This document shows, in pieces, positions 18,944 to 28,161 of a stretch of DNA of 64,000 nucleotides. The notes under the pieces were generated by a model, which did no database searches, was not told the origin of the DNA, and saw only the letters and a list, made by a program, of their open reading frames with translations. The first letter of the stretch is position 1, and each line of letters starts with the position of its first letter. Both the position numbers and the translations under genes were made by a program. The stretch is from assembly GCA_020059465.1 (NCBI GenBank), contig JAGVBZ010000030.1, positions 199,976 through 263,975 of the forward strand, given 5' to 3'. Origin of the DNA: Brevinematales bacterium. GTDB taxonomy: Bacteria > Spirochaetota > Brevinematia > Brevinematales > GWF1-51-8.

Positions 18944-21220
18944 TTATTGCGCTAAGTTCTTTTTCTGCGCAACCTGTTTCAGTAAGCTTTGAACCTGCTG
19001 GACTGCTGCCTTCTGCTGGCTCGACGCGATCGGGTCTTTGCCTATTGTTTCAAGGAACTTATTCATATATTTTTCAGCCTCGCCCCATTTCTGCTTCTCA
19101 AAGGCAAGTATTCCTACAGTATAATAGAAGCTGTAATTATTCGACGGGGGAGTGACCGCTTCGATATTCTTAGCGATCGTATATGCCTCGTCCTTCTTTC
19201 CGAGCTGAAGCGCGGTCTGGAACGCCCAATTATTGAAATTGGTATCCTTCGCTTTAATGGCCACGAGCTTCGCAAACAGATCGCCTATCCTTGTCAGATA
19301 AGGTTTGTATTGGGATAAGTTTGCTTTGGTCAATACCGCCCCTATCGCCGTCTTAATCATATCCAAAGTGAGTTTATTAGGCGAGCTTTTCACCATTTCT
19401 TCCATCTTGATCAGTTCCAGAATCGAGTTCACCAGCGCGACATTGTCCTTCTGCGCGAGATTTGCCTTCATATCCTTCCCGATAATCGCGAGGAAATTGG
19501 TCATATAATCTTCTGTTTCCTTATTATTGCCCATTTCAAACGCGAGACGTCCCATAGTCAGGAAATACCCGGGATCCGCAAACGACGGCATGGCCTTCCG
19601 GAGGTTCTGCCCGATCGTATAGAGCAGATCGTTCTTCTGGAACTGCATCGCTATACTGAACGCCCATGCGTCGAAATATGCGTCGCTCTTCTTCAGTTCG
19701 ACCAGCTTGGCGAACATCTCATCCGCTTGCAGCATATACGGCTGATACTGGAACATATAGCCCCGGAAGAACAGGTTCTCCATCACTATCTTCACCAGAT
19801 TCAGGTCGATATTATTCGATTTCGCGTTAATCATCTTTTCAAGCTGCGCCTGAGACGCCTGCAGTTGCGAGGTAGGCATATTCATTGTCTGCTGGAGGAA
19901 ATTTTCCATCCCGGCAAAATTCTTCCATAGCGGGTTTTTGGTATGATCCTCGGTCGAACCTTTATACAAACGCAACTGCGCCTTCAACTGGTTGAGCCAT
20001 TTATCGATTTCCTTTCTGTCGGCGGCCTCGTTCTCGGGGTGGGTGAGATAATCGCGTATCAGGTAATTAAACATGACCGAGTAGGTGCCGAACGAGTTGG
20101 GGTAAAAGGTAAGAGCCTTTTCAAGCATATCGTGGGCTTTCGGGGACAAATCCTCGCCCATCCGGTTATTCAGATAGATTACCGCGATGTTATGCAGTAC
20201 CGAAATGGAATCGTGACCGTAGTACAGCGCCTCTTCGAAATAATGCAGCGCGTTCGTCCAGCTGTCCATGATAAGTTTCTCGAGTTCCATAACAATTTCC
20301 GGACGGGTCTCGGACGATTTGATGACCTGAAGCTCGCTGATTCGGTCGAGGAAAATCTCGCCCATCTGGTAATCGTAGTTGATTACAATTTCACGGGTCA
20401 GGTAGTCGAGGAACTGGGCGTTCTTGATCTCCTTCCATCGAAGCAGGAAGTCGCTGAAATAGTCCGTATCGTGGGGGGACGGGTACATTTTTACAAATCT
20501 GACCATACCGCCCGCCTTCGCGACATATCCCTGCTCGGCGAGAGAGTCGATCTTATCCATGGTGTATTTCATATCCACGCTTCTATGGAGCCATTCGGAA
20601 AATTTCTTCTGAGCGGTGGCAAACGGGATTTCTTGCACCAAGTCGAGGTAATCCACCAGCATATATTCGATATTCTGCACCTTGTACATGATGCCGTAAC
20701 GGTGATAATAATAGTCGCCGAGCGTCCACGGTTCGGGGCGTTCCCATGTCAGGTACACAGGGCGCTGACCTGTCCAATACGGGATAAAGTAAGGGTCTTT
20801 GATATCGCGGATATCTTTATAGAACGGCTCGAAACCGGCGAAAATATAGGTATCGACCATCTTCATGCGGTGTGCAAGGATATCGGGAGTGATATAACGC
20901 ATGTCGCCGTAGATACGGTTGAATATATTTCCCTTCTGGTCGTACGGCGTGATATCCGGGCGGAGCTTCTCGGCGTAAATAAAGTACACGGTCGCGAACA
21001 CCTGGTTGTCGCCGCCCTCGGTCATCAGGATCGAGTTCTGCTCGGTGGATATCATCAGGTTCTTACCGTAGTCATGGTTCAGCCAGTTCAGGTGATAATC
21101 GTTTATTTTATAATTTTTGACGAACGGGATCAGTGCAACAATGATGATTACAACGGAAACGATAATCGTTATAATATTCCATTCTTTCTTGTCGTTGGAA
21201 TTCATTTCGGGATAAGACAT
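18944..21220 (-). CDS. membrane-anchored helical-repeat (TPR-like) protein
   Basis: 758 aa with one N-terminal TM (WNIITIIVSVVIIIVALIPF). Internal duplication visible: KSDAYFDAWAFSIAMQFQKNDLLYTIGQNL vs KAKDTNFNNWAFQTALQLGKKDEAYTIAKNI, and LAFEMGNNKETEDYMTNFLAIIGKD vs LAFEKQKWGEAEKYMNKFLETIGKD. Confidence 0.7.
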   Translation of the reverse strand: MSYPEMNSNDKKEWNIITIIVSVVIIIVALIPFVKNYKINDYHLNWLNHDYGKNLMISTEQNSILMTEGGDNQVFATVYFIYAEKLRPDITPYDQKGNIFNRIYGDMRYITPDILAHRMKMVDTYIFAGFEPFYKDIRDIKDPYFIPYWTGQRPVYLTWERPEPWTLGDYYYHRYGIMYKVQNIEYMLVDYLDLVQEIPFATAQKKFSEWLHRSVDMKYTMDKIDSLAEQGYVAKAGGMVRFVKMYPSPHDTDYFSDFLLRWKEIKNAQFLDYLTREIVINYDYQMGEIFLDRISELQVIKSSETRPEIVMELEKLIMDSWTNALHYFEEALYYGHDSISVLHNIAVIYLNNRMGEDLSPKAHDMLEKALTFYPNSFGTYSVMFNYLIRDYLTHPENEAADRKEIDKWLNQLKAQLRLYKGSTEDHTKNPLWKNFAGMENFLQQTMNMPTSQLQASQAQLEKMINAKSNNIDLNLVKIVMENLFFRGYMFQYQPYMLQADEMFAKLVELKKSDAYFDAWAFSIAMQFQKNDLLYTIGQNLRKAMPSFADPGYFLTMGRLAFEMGNNKETEDYMTNFLAIIGKDMKANLAQKDNVALVNSILELIKMEEMVKSSPNKLTLDMIKTAIGAVLTKANLSQYKPYLTRIGDLFAKLVAIKAKDTNFNNWAFQTALQLGKKDEAYTIAKNIEAVTPPSNNYSFYYTVGILAFEKQKWGEAEKYMNKFLETIGKDPIASSQQKAAVQQVQSLLKQVAQKKNLAQ

Positions 21221-21363
21221 AACGTTTATCTCCTTTTTTGGGATTTATGAGGTTATAGTTTATATCAAAACCGATAAAAAGACAATAAATCAATCAATTC
21301 CGCCCACTGCATGGGGGCTAAACCCGATATCGAGGTAATATGCGCTGTCAATCTCCAGCCCGT

Positions 21364-21408
21364 GTTGCAGGCTCATTCTTCATTGACGTCGCTCAGCAGT
21401 CTGCGCGG
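21364..21408. repeat. REP-like element, family 1 variant
   Basis: gttgcaggctcattcttcattgacgtcgctcagcagtctgcgcgg resembles unit 2 at 57271-57348 (gacgcaggctcgcttctta...) and the ctgcgcagact core. Confidence 0.4.
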
Positions 21409-21546
21409 TAACATGGATATAAGAGTCGGAATCGCGGAAATGGTTACTTTATCGGGAAAAAGTTTGAAGGGGCGACTGAAGTTGTTAAGCACACTCATAC
21501 TTCGACGAGTTCAACATGATAATACCGTCATCCCAGTCACAGCAGG

Positions 21547-22335
21547 CTACAGCCAGCCGAAATTTTTCGCCGTCGTTTTCATCCACTCGCCGACGGTTCC
21601 ATAGATCTGTTTTCGCTTCTCAATACTCTCCTGATTCGGCGACACTTCCATGAGTTCGTTGATGATGGAATCGATTTGATCCGGTTTGATCGCCTGCTCC
21701 GGCAGCAGGTACGCCAGCCAGTCTTTCCGGGGTATGAACGAGCCGTTGACCGCGTACACGAACCCGCAGAAGCATTCGAACGCCTCGTGAAAATTCTGCG
21801 CCATCTGTGCGTACGCCTCCCGGTACTCCCATTTATCATAACGGTACTCGCCGCAGAGATACATATATCTCCGGTAATTCTTCATCGCCGCGTCCTTCCG
21901 GGACCCCTGTTTCTTAGGAAACAACTGTCTGATGATAGAATCCATCTCGGGATATTTCGTTGTCAGCACGACCGACTCCGAAAGGGCATAGCATTCCGAT
22001 TCCGTTTTATTCGTGTCGAATATATGCGAGAGGGTTTCCTGCTTGATCTGAAATCCCGTATTCATGAAACGGGTACAGTAATACGGAATACCGGGTTCCG
22101 TGTCCGGCCCGTAAATCCCCGGCAGATCCAGATTCCCTGAATCCGAAATAACAGTCAGGTCGACAAGAACTCCCATTTTTCCCATTCTGGCGTCCCCGCG
22201 CGCGGCCGAGCCTGTTAGGAGAATACTGGTGACATCAAACTTAGCGTTTATATCCTTAGCAAAAATCTGCGCGATGCGTCTTAACTCGCTGCAAAAATCA
22301 GCCTGCTCCCCGATTATTTTCCCTATTGTTTTCAT
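21547..22335 (-). CDS. nucleotidyltransferase-fold protein (Pol-beta superfamily) with helical C-terminal domain
   Basis: Start moved to the ATG at 22335 (MKTIGKIIGEQ), which forms an ATGA overlap with the upstream stop. LLTGSAARGD...VLVDLTVI is the NTase G-S / acidic-strand region. Confidence 0.7.
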   Translation of the reverse strand: MKTIGKIIGEQADFCSELRRIAQIFAKDINAKFDVTSILLTGSAARGDARMGKMGVLVDLTVISDSGNLDLPGIYGPDTEPGIPYYCTRFMNTGFQIKQETLSHIFDTNKTESECYALSESVVLTTKYPEMDSIIRQLFPKKQGSRKDAAMKNYRRYMYLCGEYRYDKWEYREAYAQMAQNFHEAFECFCGFVYAVNGSFIPRKDWLAYLLPEQAIKPDQIDSIINELMEVSPNQESIEKRKQIYGTVGEWMKTTAKNFGWL

Positions 22336-24326
22336 TGCTTCTCCGGTAATTCGAATGTCAATTCCCTCGGGAACCGTCCGCGGATATCGAGCATCGCGCC
22401 GAGCGTCAGAACTGTGCTCCATGCCGCGTCCGTATGGAAAAAACCCTTCGTGCCGAACCGGCGGTGCTTATAGTCCCAGTTCGTCTGGTTGACCTGCTCC
22501 GGCTGCCACCCCTCGAACTCCGGCCCGCGCCCGAGCCTTTCCTCCGGCGACGATACCAACTGTACGCAGGCGCGCATCATCCCGCGCGCGACATCCCGCC
22601 AAAACTCTTCGCCCGACTCGTCCGCGAGACGCAGGAAGTCGTACGCGATGCGCATACCGTAGAAATCGAGATGGTGATGCGCGACCGATACGGAGGTCAT
22701 CCCGCGGGTCTGGAATCCCAGCTTTCCGAGCGGCGACCCTTCGGGGAACGCAACATTGTAAGTCCATATCCATGATAGGATAAACTCCGCCGCCCTCCGC
22801 GCGTAACGGATGTACTTTTTATCGGGGGTGAGTTCGTTGAGGTCGAGGAACGCGGTCAGAACGGCGCATCCCGCTTCCTTGTCGGTGCTGTCCGCGTCGA
22901 GGGTGTCCGCGCCGAAATCCATCCGATCAGCGAGACCGCCGTAATAATCCGCCGCCTTCGCGAGCGCGCCGCGTACCGCTTTATCGCCCGGTTTCAGCCG
23001 TTCAAACTCCGTAAGCAGGGTGATGATATACGCGCCGTTCGTACCGTAGCTGTCCAGTTCCGCGCCGTCGAGCGTACGCCATCGCCCGAAATTTCCATCG
23101 GGAAGCTGATACTTCAGGTAGAACTCCGCGTTCTTCCGCGCGAGGTCGAGATACTCTGGATGCTCGCGCCCCGCCTTCTTCAGGAGCGAGTAGAGCCGGA
23201 GGAATCCGGACATCGTCTCGCCGTTCGCGCGCGCGTTCACCCCGTTCTTCCATTCCTCGCGGATGCCCGCGCCGAGATATCCGCCCCATTCCTTGCTCTT
23301 GAAGCCGTACATATCCTGGTGCGCGCCGTTATCGAACGTACGGGAGAGGAAAAATCCCGCGATGCCCTCGGCGGTATCGATATCGCCTATGCGCGCATAT
23401 ACAGCCGCCGCCTCAAGCCCGCGTATCAGGAAGCTCCCCGCGGTAAACTCGTAGTAGCTCTGGAATAAGCCGTTCCCTTTGCCCATCTTTATCCATACGT
23501 TACCGTCATCGCGTTCTGTCAGAAAACGAAGGTGCGCGAGACGGCGCGAGAAAAACCCTTCATAATCGGGAGTTGTTTCCTCCGGCGGCGCGAACTTCTC
23601 CCACGCCGTACGGAACACGGGCAGGAAAAAATCTGCCGATGAGTACGGTTTATCTTCGTCGAATACATAGAATTCTCTTTTATAGGTATACGGGAGCTGA
23701 TTTGGCCTGATACTGAGGACACGTTCGGTCGGGGCGGTCAGCCCGCCGAGCATAATGCCCTTCTCGGTATAGGTCTTGGGATACTCGATAAACGGGACGC
23801 ACAGGCGGAATACGGGTATTTCCCCCTCGAGAAAGGTCATCGCGCTCCCGGTGAATGAATCGTCCTGCGCGGGCGACATAAAGACCGCACGGTACCCCGA
23901 CTCCCCGTAGACTGCGGTGCATCCCGGCACCGGCATCCTGTCTTCCCGGAACGACCATGGCACATCCAGCCCGCCCTTCGGGAATTTCCCCTCGCCGTGA
24001 ACATTGCCGTCATACATCACCGACGGCACAATTCTATTTCCGAACCCTGTTCCGGAAGTAATGAAATCGAAGTGAAACCGGTAATCCCCCGGCCGCGTCA
24101 CCCGCCACTCGCGCTCAATCCTCACACCGTCACCCACGTCGGAAAACCGGTCGGTTACAGTCACCCCCGTGAATTTCACTGTCGCCGTCATCCCGTCGAT
24201 AGTCACAAGTTCCGCAGGCAGCAGTATATTCCGGTTTCGGAGGAGGGTATAACGGATATAGCCGATCAATTCGTCGTCGTACATCGCAATCAGGTTGCGT
24301 TTCGGCTGAAGTTCTAATCTCGGCAT
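22332..24326 (-). CDS. large cytoplasmic protein, possibly (alpha/alpha)-toroid glycoside-hydrolase/lyase-like
   Basis: 664-aa ORF with no signal peptide. An N-terminal beta-rich ~230 aa is followed by a helical-repeat region (YLKYQLPDGNFGRW, GTNGAYIITLL, AEFILSWIWTYN). The fold call is a guess. Confidence 0.5.
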   Translation of the reverse strand: MPRLELQPKRNLIAMYDDELIGYIRYTLLRNRNILLPAELVTIDGMTATVKFTGVTVTDRFSDVGDGVRIEREWRVTRPGDYRFHFDFITSGTGFGNRIVPSVMYDGNVHGEGKFPKGGLDVPWSFREDRMPVPGCTAVYGESGYRAVFMSPAQDDSFTGSAMTFLEGEIPVFRLCVPFIEYPKTYTEKGIMLGGLTAPTERVLSIRPNQLPYTYKREFYVFDEDKPYSSADFFLPVFRTAWEKFAPPEETTPDYEGFFSRRLAHLRFLTERDDGNVWIKMGKGNGLFQSYYEFTAGSFLIRGLEAAAVYARIGDIDTAEGIAGFFLSRTFDNGAHQDMYGFKSKEWGGYLGAGIREEWKNGVNARANGETMSGFLRLYSLLKKAGREHPEYLDLARKNAEFYLKYQLPDGNFGRWRTLDGAELDSYGTNGAYIITLLTEFERLKPGDKAVRGALAKAADYYGGLADRMDFGADTLDADSTDKEAGCAVLTAFLDLNELTPDKKYIRYARRAAEFILSWIWTYNVAFPEGSPLGKLGFQTRGMTSVSVAHHHLDFYGMRIAYDFLRLADESGEEFWRDVARGMMRACVQLVSSPEERLGRGPEFEGWQPEQVNQTNWDYKHRRFGTKGFFHTDAAWSTVLTLGAMLDIRGRFPRELTFELPEKQ

Positions 24327-24430
24327 ATCATTCTCCTTGCTTTTCCTGCTTTTGCTTGTTTTTTCAAGTAAAAACTATCATAATAAGGGAGATGAATGCT
24401 GTCAATAGTAAAAACGTACCGGAGGCTGAA

Positions 24431-25231
24431 ATGTTCGAGAAGTACCGTATAGAAAAAGAGGTAAAAGTAGATTTGAAGGATTTCGACCCCGGCGAGAACG
24501 GCAAACTCGACAAGAAGGAGATGGAGGAAAAGACTGCAAAAAACCTCGAAGTATTGGACGAACTGCAGTATAAGCTCTACGCCGAGGGAAAACGTTCGAT
24601 CCTCGTCGTCCTGCAGGCGATGGACGCGGGCGGGAAGGACGGCACTATCCGGAAGGTGTTCGGTATCCTGAACCCGCAGGGAGTGCGCGTTACATCGTTC
24701 AAGGCGCCCACCGACGAAGAACTTTCCCATGACTTCCTTTGGCGCATCCACCGGAACACCCCCGCGAAGGGCATGATAGGCATTTTCAACCGCTCCCACT
24801 ATGAGGACGTATTGATCGTACGGGTCAATAAATGGATCAGCAGTAAGGAATGCGAACGGCGATATCGTGTTATCAACGACTTCGAACGGATGCTTGCCGA
24901 CAACGGAACTGTTATCCTGAAATTCTACCTTCACATATCGAAGGACGAGCAGAAGAAACGGTTTCAGGAACGTCTGGACGACCCGGCGAAAAAGTGGAAG
25001 TTCTGCAAAGGCGACCTCGACACCCGTAAAAAATGGGACGAATATATGTTACAGTTCGAGGAGGTATTCCGTAATACAAGCACCGGGAAAGCGCCGTGGT
25101 ATATCATCCCGGCGGATAATAAACGTTACCGGAACCTTGTCATCAGTTCCGTCGTCAGGGATACGCTCGAAAAAATGCATCTCAAGTTCCCCGAACCGGA
25201 GACGGGACTGGAAGATATCGAAATCGAATAG
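24431..25231 (+). CDS. ppk2: polyphosphate kinase 2 family (polyphosphate:nucleotide phosphotransferase)
   Basis: Start moved to the ATG at 24431 (MFEKYRIEK), 5 nt after GGAGG (24421-24425). PPK2 motifs VLQAMDAGGKDGTI (Walker A) and FNRSHYEDVL. Confidence 0.88.
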   Translation: MFEKYRIEKEVKVDLKDFDPGENGKLDKKEMEEKTAKNLEVLDELQYKLYAEGKRSILVVLQAMDAGGKDGTIRKVFGILNPQGVRVTSFKAPTDEELSHDFLWRIHRNTPAKGMIGIFNRSHYEDVLIVRVNKWISSKECERRYRVINDFERMLADNGTVILKFYLHISKDEQKKRFQERLDDPAKKWKFCKGDLDTRKKWDEYMLQFEEVFRNTSTGKAPWYIIPADNKRYRNLVISSVVRDTLEKMHLKFPEPETGLEDIEIE

Positions 25232-25239
25232 GTGCGTCA

Positions 25240-26298
25240 ATGAAGCCCACTCTTTACCTGATTATTCTCCTTTCAAGTCTATCCCTGTCGTACGGGATCG
25301 AGTTGAAAACGAACGCGGTGTACGAAAACTCCTCGAAGGACGCTTATCTGCTCGGATGGAACTTCGACAGCGGGTTTTTCGCGCGGGTACTGAATATTAA
25401 GGATATGTCGTTTGTTATGCTCGACGCATACGGAAAGGTGTACGGGCCGTTCGTATCGAACACCCAGACAGCGATCAGCCCCGACTGTTCGAAATTCGCG
25501 TACACGGTTGCAGGAAAGGGGGGAACGCAGGTTTATTTCGGTGATAAATTATTCGCGGAACACGAAACAGTTACACATCTCGAAATCATGCCCGACTCAT
25601 CCGCGCCGGTATTCATCTTCAGCAAAAACGGCAAGGATTATCTGTATTATAAAGGAATGTCGATCGGCGGATACCGTCAGATCTCGGAATACGAAATAGC
25701 GGGAGATACGCGGAGCTGCGGACTTATATACCGGGTAAACCGGAGTTATTATCTCCATACAGGATTTACCAACACGGGTCCTTACAAGGAATGTAAAAAG
25801 CTGAAACTTTCATATAACGGCGCGTCCAGTATCGCTATCGCTAAAAGTTCCGTCCTGTCCAACTATCCCGCCGCATCGAAAGACTCGGAGACTTCGATCA
25901 GTGCGGACGGATCGATGAAAGGCGTCTGCTACCTGAAGAATTGTCTTTATATTGTCGGGATAAACGATTTCGAGTATGGGCCTTATGAATTCGCGTCCGC
26001 GCCCGTATTCGGGGACAAGCCCGGGGAATATGCGTTCTGCTATGTAAATGGGGGACAGTCCTTCATCCGTTCCGGCGAACAGATCTACGGGCCGTGGGAC
26101 TTCGCCTATAACTTCGCGTTCCTGACGGAATACCCTTACTTTGTGTTCGTAATTCAGTCCGGCGGCGATTATTATATCCGTCTCGGCGAGAACGAGACGC
26201 TCGGCCCGTACAGTTACGCCGATACCCGAATCGCGGGCGGGAAACTTCATATCCTATCTTGCGCCGGCGGCACCTTCTACTTCTGCGAGATGAAATAA
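25240..26298 (+). CDS. secreted repeat protein (recurring YGP[FWY] motifs)
   Basis: 352 aa. Signal peptide MKPTLYLIILLSSLSLSYG. Repeated ...YGPF, GPYKE, YGPYEF, YGPWDF, LGPYSY motifs suggest a beta-repeat fold. Confidence 0.6.
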   Translation: MKPTLYLIILLSSLSLSYGIELKTNAVYENSSKDAYLLGWNFDSGFFARVLNIKDMSFVMLDAYGKVYGPFVSNTQTAISPDCSKFAYTVAGKGGTQVYFGDKLFAEHETVTHLEIMPDSSAPVFIFSKNGKDYLYYKGMSIGGYRQISEYEIAGDTRSCGLIYRVNRSYYLHTGFTNTGPYKECKKLKLSYNGASSIAIAKSSVLSNYPAASKDSETSISADGSMKGVCYLKNCLYIVGINDFEYGPYEFASAPVFGDKPGEYAFCYVNGGQSFIRSGEQIYGPWDFAYNFAFLTEYPYFVFVIQSGGDYYIRLGENETLGPYSYADTRIAGGKLHILSCAGGTFYFCEMK

Positions 26299-26330
26299 AC
26301 CTGCCGCCCGGTTAGAAGCCGGGGTCATAC

Positions 26331-26738
26331 TCAGGAGACGCCCTTCGAGACAAGGTATGGGACATATTTCATATCGAGAAACTTGATATGCTTGAGCAGC
26401 CAGTCGCGCAGAAAATTCAGGACATCGATCGATACAAGCATCCGGCCTCTGTCGAAGTCCTTCCGGAGCTTACCGATTTTTTCGATAAACTCCAGATGCT
26501 GGGTTTTCTGGCCGTCCAGTTCAGGATATTTATACGCCGCCAACAGGTTTTCCTCGTCGTTGAAATGCACCTTCGCATAATTCTCCAATTCGACAAACAC
26601 CGATTCGAGAACCTGCCCGCCCGTCCCCTGATTCATCGCGTCGTGAAGTTTATTAATAATCCCCACAAGCTTTTTATGCTGATTATCGATATGCGCGATA
26701 TTTGTGTTCAGATCATCGCGCCATTCAATGAAATTCAT
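26331..26738 (-). CDS. bacteriohemerythrin paralog 3 (ligand position 77 is Gln)
   Basis: 135 aa. WRDDLNTNIAHIDNQHKKL, VHFNDEE, GQKTQH and LLKHIKFLD align without gaps to the two paralogs upstream. Confidence 0.85.
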   Translation of the reverse strand: MNFIEWRDDLNTNIAHIDNQHKKLVGIINKLHDAMNQGTGGQVLESVFVELENYAKVHFNDEENLLAAYKYPELDGQKTQHLEFIEKIGKLRKDFDRGRMLVSIDVLNFLRDWLLKHIKFLDMKYVPYLVSKGVS

Positions 26739-26767
26739 AATTTCTCCTCATTTCATATGGATAAATC

Positions 26768-27175
26768 CTACTTTATCCCCTTTTCGGCGAGATAAACCGC
26801 ATATTTCTTGTCAGAATCTGCAATATGCGAAACCAGCCAGTCCCTCAGAAAGTTTAACACTTCTATGGAAACCAGCATCTTTCCGGAAATAAAGTCCTGC
26901 TTGAACTGATTCACTCTTTTCACGAAATCGTCGTGCTGAATCTTATGCTGGCTAAATCCGGGATACCCGTTATCGCTCAGGATTTTTTCCTCGTAGGTGA
27001 AATGCTCTACCGAGTACGCGGCCATTTCATCCAAAATCGTCTCGAGGATATTTTTCCCCTTCCCCTGCTTCATCGCATCGAAAAGCGAGTTAAGGATATC
27101 GACCAATTTTTTATGCTGGCTATCGATAGCCGCTATTTTTAAATCGAGACTGTCGCTCCATTGAAGATAACCCAT
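26768..27175 (-). CDS. bacteriohemerythrin paralog 2
   Basis: 135 aa. WSDSLDLKIAAIDSQHKKL, EHFTYEE, QHKIQH, SHIADSD. Confidence 0.88.
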   Translation of the reverse strand: MGYLQWSDSLDLKIAAIDSQHKKLVDILNSLFDAMKQGKGKNILETILDEMAAYSVEHFTYEEKILSDNGYPGFSQHKIQHDDFVKRVNQFKQDFISGKMLVSIEVLNFLRDWLVSHIADSDKKYAVYLAEKGIK

Positions 27176-27257
27176 AGTACCACCTCCTTACTGATAACTA
27201 TTTCTCTTTATAAAAATACTCGGAGACAAAGCGTTCCAGGAAAAACAAATAGAAGAT

Positions 27258-27674
27258 TTATGTTTTTTCAGTTTTTTGAAGACTGTTCTCATACTCTTTA
27301 TAAAGGATACTCTCCTCGCGGTTGATCCTGTTTGTAAGTACCGCGCATAATGCGCCGAAAGAACGGGCGAAATCGAAACCCGAACTCTCCGCCGTATACT
27401 TGGCATAAAAATCTTCCACCTGCTTGACGACCGTATCCATATCCTTCATAAATACGTTCATCGTATTAAGAATCTGAATATCCGACTTGCCGGCTTCCCT
27501 TAAAACAGGATAGAGATAAGTGTCCTCGCTTTTCAGATGTTTGACAAGCATATCCTTGATTGAAAATAGGAGTTCTTTGCCTTCCCGTGTGGAAATCCCT
27601 TTCTCTTTTACAAGCCTTACCGCCTCCTGAATCTGTAAATGATCTTTCTGAAATTCTTCCAGATGACCCGGCAT
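27258..27674 (-). CDS. hemerythrin HHE cation-binding-domain-like protein
   Basis: 138 aa. FQKDHLQIQE and VKHLKSEDTYLYPVL fit the H..E / H..E(D)..L(Y)P pattern of HHE domains. Confidence 0.65.
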   Translation of the reverse strand: MPGHLEEFQKDHLQIQEAVRLVKEKGISTREGKELLFSIKDMLVKHLKSEDTYLYPVLREAGKSDIQILNTMNVFMKDMDTVVKQVEDFYAKYTAESSGFDFARSFGALCAVLTNRINREESILYKEYENSLQKTEKT

Positions 27675-27735
27675 ATTGATACCTCGCTATATACTATCGT
27701 TTTCTTTTCCGCAGAAATTATCGCGGAACGGATTT

Positions 27736-28143
27736 CTACTTCATTCCCTGAGTGTTCAAAAAAGCCCCGAACTTCGTGTCGACCTCCGCGATGTGCGAGA
27801 CAGTCCAATCGCGCAGGAAATTCATCACTTCGATGGAAAGCAGAATCTTTCCGGCCTCGAAACCCTGCTTGAACTCGGTAACCTTCCTGATAAACGAATC
27901 ATGCTCGGTCTTGTGCTTGGTATAGCCGTCGTAGGAAAACTTCTGCATGATACGTTCCTCGGCGGAAAAATGCTCCACCGAATACTTGGCAAGCTCGTCT
28001 ATCGTAACCGAAAGAACATCCTTCCCTTTACCCATCTTCATCGCATCGTACAGATTATTAATCAGGTCGATGAGATGCTTATGCTGGTTATCGATCTCCG
28101 ATACAGCAATCGATAAATTGTCAGACCATACCATAAAACCCAT
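27736..28143 (-). CDS. bacteriohemerythrin paralog 1
   Basis: 135 aa. WSDNLSIAVSEIDNQHKHL, EHFSAEE, KHKTEH, SHIAEVD (full set of canonical His/Glu/Asp ligand positions). Confidence 0.88.
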   Translation of the reverse strand: MGFMVWSDNLSIAVSEIDNQHKHLIDLINNLYDAMKMGKGKDVLSVTIDELAKYSVEHFSAEERIMQKFSYDGYTKHKTEHDSFIRKVTEFKQGFEAGKILLSIEVMNFLRDWTVSHIAEVDTKFGAFLNTQGMK

Positions 28144-28161
28144 ATATTCCTCCTATCCTTC

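Noticed and set aside
19943-21250. 435-aa + strand ORF opposite the TPR-like gene
   Set aside because: Shadow ORF. The minus-strand protein has a TM anchor, internal duplications and natural composition. The + product is a V/R/H/I-rich mirror sequence.
21311-21604. 97-aa + ORF in the 21221-21546 gap
   Set aside because: It spans a REP-like element and overlaps the 3' end of the NTase gene, with no RBS. I also checked this gap for tmRNA, SRP or RNase P-like motifs and found none convincing.
24314-24934. 206-aa minus-strand ORF overlapping the PPK2 gene start region
   Set aside because: It lies antisense to PPK2, which has Walker A and lid motifs. No independent support.
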